Assembly (NCBI GenBank): GCA_963663805.2
Contig: CAXXMR010000009.1
Coordinates: 96,001 to 160,000 of the forward strand
Direction: 5' to 3'
DNA length: 64,000 bases
From: Sedimentisphaerales bacterium
GTDB lineage: Bacteria; Planctomycetota; Phycisphaerae; Sedimentisphaerales; SM23-30
Part shown: positions 62,882 through 64,000 of the stretch, piece after piece
How positions within the stretch are numbered: position 1 is the first letter of the stretch
Layout: each line of letters opens with the position of its first letter
Program-made: the position numbers and the translations under genes
The notes under the pieces: generated by a model
Seen by the model: only the letters and a program-made list of their open reading frames with translations
What the model was told of the DNA's origin: nothing
Databases searched by the model: none

Positions 62882-64000
62882 ATGGCAAAGCAAACTGATA
62901 TTACCAGGCTGATAGATTCACAGCGGCTGGCGGATAATCTCTGGCACATGGTTAATGTCGCCAGTCCCACCGGTAATGAATGCCGGATGGCTCTGGCATA
63001 TGCCGATATGCTTCGGGCGGCGGGGCTTGAGGTTGAAGTTGACGATACGATTAAAGACAGTCCCAATGTCATTGCCCGTATGAAAGGGCAGCGGTCCGGT
63101 AGAGTTTTGCAGCTGGCGGGCCATCTGGACCATATCGACGTGCCTCATGCCGCTCCGCAGCGGGAGCAAACGCGCATTAGCGGTCGGGGCAGTGCTGATA
63201 TGAAAAATGGTCTGGCAGGTATTTTGGAAATGATTCATGTACTTAATGCCCTCGACCGTGATTTTGCCGGTGAAATACTCGTTACCGCTTATGGCCTACA
63301 TGAGGCGCCGGTGGGTGATTCACGCGGTTTGAATAATCTTATCGAACGCGGCATAAAAGGCGACGCGGCCATTGTTTTTGAAGGACCAGACGATTATGCG
63401 GCAGTAATGGCCAACGGCATGGCGATATGGAATTTGCGTTTGAAACATAACAATCCCGCCTGTCACGAACAATGTACTGAGATAGACAAGTTCGAATTGT
63501 TCCGGGCCGCAACTAAGACCGTCGAGAGGCTTGAACGGCTAAATGAAACAGGAGGTGAGAATAAATTTCCTTTGCTCAAACGAGCGTCGTGTTTTCTGGG
63601 ACAGTTTCATTACGGTGATTTTTATAATCGTCTGCCGGATGTTTGCGAGCTTCAGGGTACGCGGCGTTGGCAGCCGAATATGGATTTTGGCCGGGTTAAG
63701 GATGAGTTCGCGGCGGTTCTGGCCGAGTGTCATTTTTCGGATAATATCACGCTGGAACATGACTGGATATTCGTGGGTGATTCTTACGCGATAGACCCGG
63801 ACGCGGCGATTCTGAAATCATTGCGTCGCTCCTACGAGAAGGTTTACGGTCGCGAAATGCTCATTACCGGCCATAGCAGCGTAACGGATGTTTGTCGGCT
63901 GGTGCGGCAGGGGCAAATTCCGACTGTACTGTGCGGTTTCGGCACCGACCGGGGCCATGCGGATTTTGAATATGTAACTTACGAACAGTTGGAACGGTCG
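62882..64000 (+). CDS. M20 family metallo-hydrolase (ArgE/DapE-like), partial
   Basis: Not in the ORF track (no stop in window). Hand translation: SPTGNE, NVIAR, GHLDH, GRGSADMKNG, GHADFEYV, open to the edge. Confidence 0.88.
   Translation, partial: MAKQTDITRLIDSQRLADNLWHMVNVASPTGNECRMALAYADMLRAAGLEVEVDDTIKDSPNVIARMKGQRSGRVLQLAGHLDHIDVPHAAPQREQTRISGRGSADMKNGLAGILEMIHVLNALDRDFAGEILVTAYGLHEAPVGDSRGLNNLIERGIKGDAAIVFEGPDDYAAVMANGMAIWNLRLKHNNPACHEQCTEIDKFELFRAATKTVERLERLNETGGENKFPLLKRASCFLGQFHYGDFYNRLPDVCELQGTRRWQPNMDFGRVKDEFAAVLAECHFSDNITLEHDWIFVGDSYAIDPDAAILKSLRRSYEKVYGREMLITGHSSVTDVCRLVRQGQIPTVLCGFGTDRGHADFEYVTYEQLERS

Overview
Bacterial chromosomal window, most likely from a Planctomycetota (Phycisphaerae/Sedimentisphaerales-like) anaerobe. 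This is inferred from DUF1559-type prepilin proteins, planctomycete-style dockerin repeats and a PEP-CTERM protein. Left to right: (1) edge of a secreted-protein/prepilin locus; (2) a beta-helix/dockerin/propeller gene bracketed by an inverted 63-bp repeat; (3) a SIS + PPi-PFK + AraC sugar unit; (4) a 7-gene V/A-type ATPase operon with a Na+-type rotor signature; (5) ZIP and MntP metal transporters, hslU, and the ACT/DUF711 pair; (6) a repeat-rich divergent intergenic region where GC skew flips; (7) a degenerate GH2 and the housekeeping run ribBA-argH-thiL-tsaE-mnmG; (8) a KaiC-like/PEP-binding protein, tRNA-Ser(CGA) and an intact IS4 element; (9) HDAC, a DUF1573 lipoprotein, a CGC-motif multiheme cytochrome, bioF and hpt; (10) a ~20 kb AraC-centred divergent catabolic locus. 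That locus joins surface LamG/dockerin/PEP-CTERM/prepilin proteins and glycosidases (GH172, GH109, others) to an opine dehydrogenase, a non-pyrrolysine MttB and an M20 hydrolase, and is the best candidate for an undescribed system. Eight genes carry single-base frameshifts, probably assembly errors. All calls come from reading motifs by eye; no searches were run.
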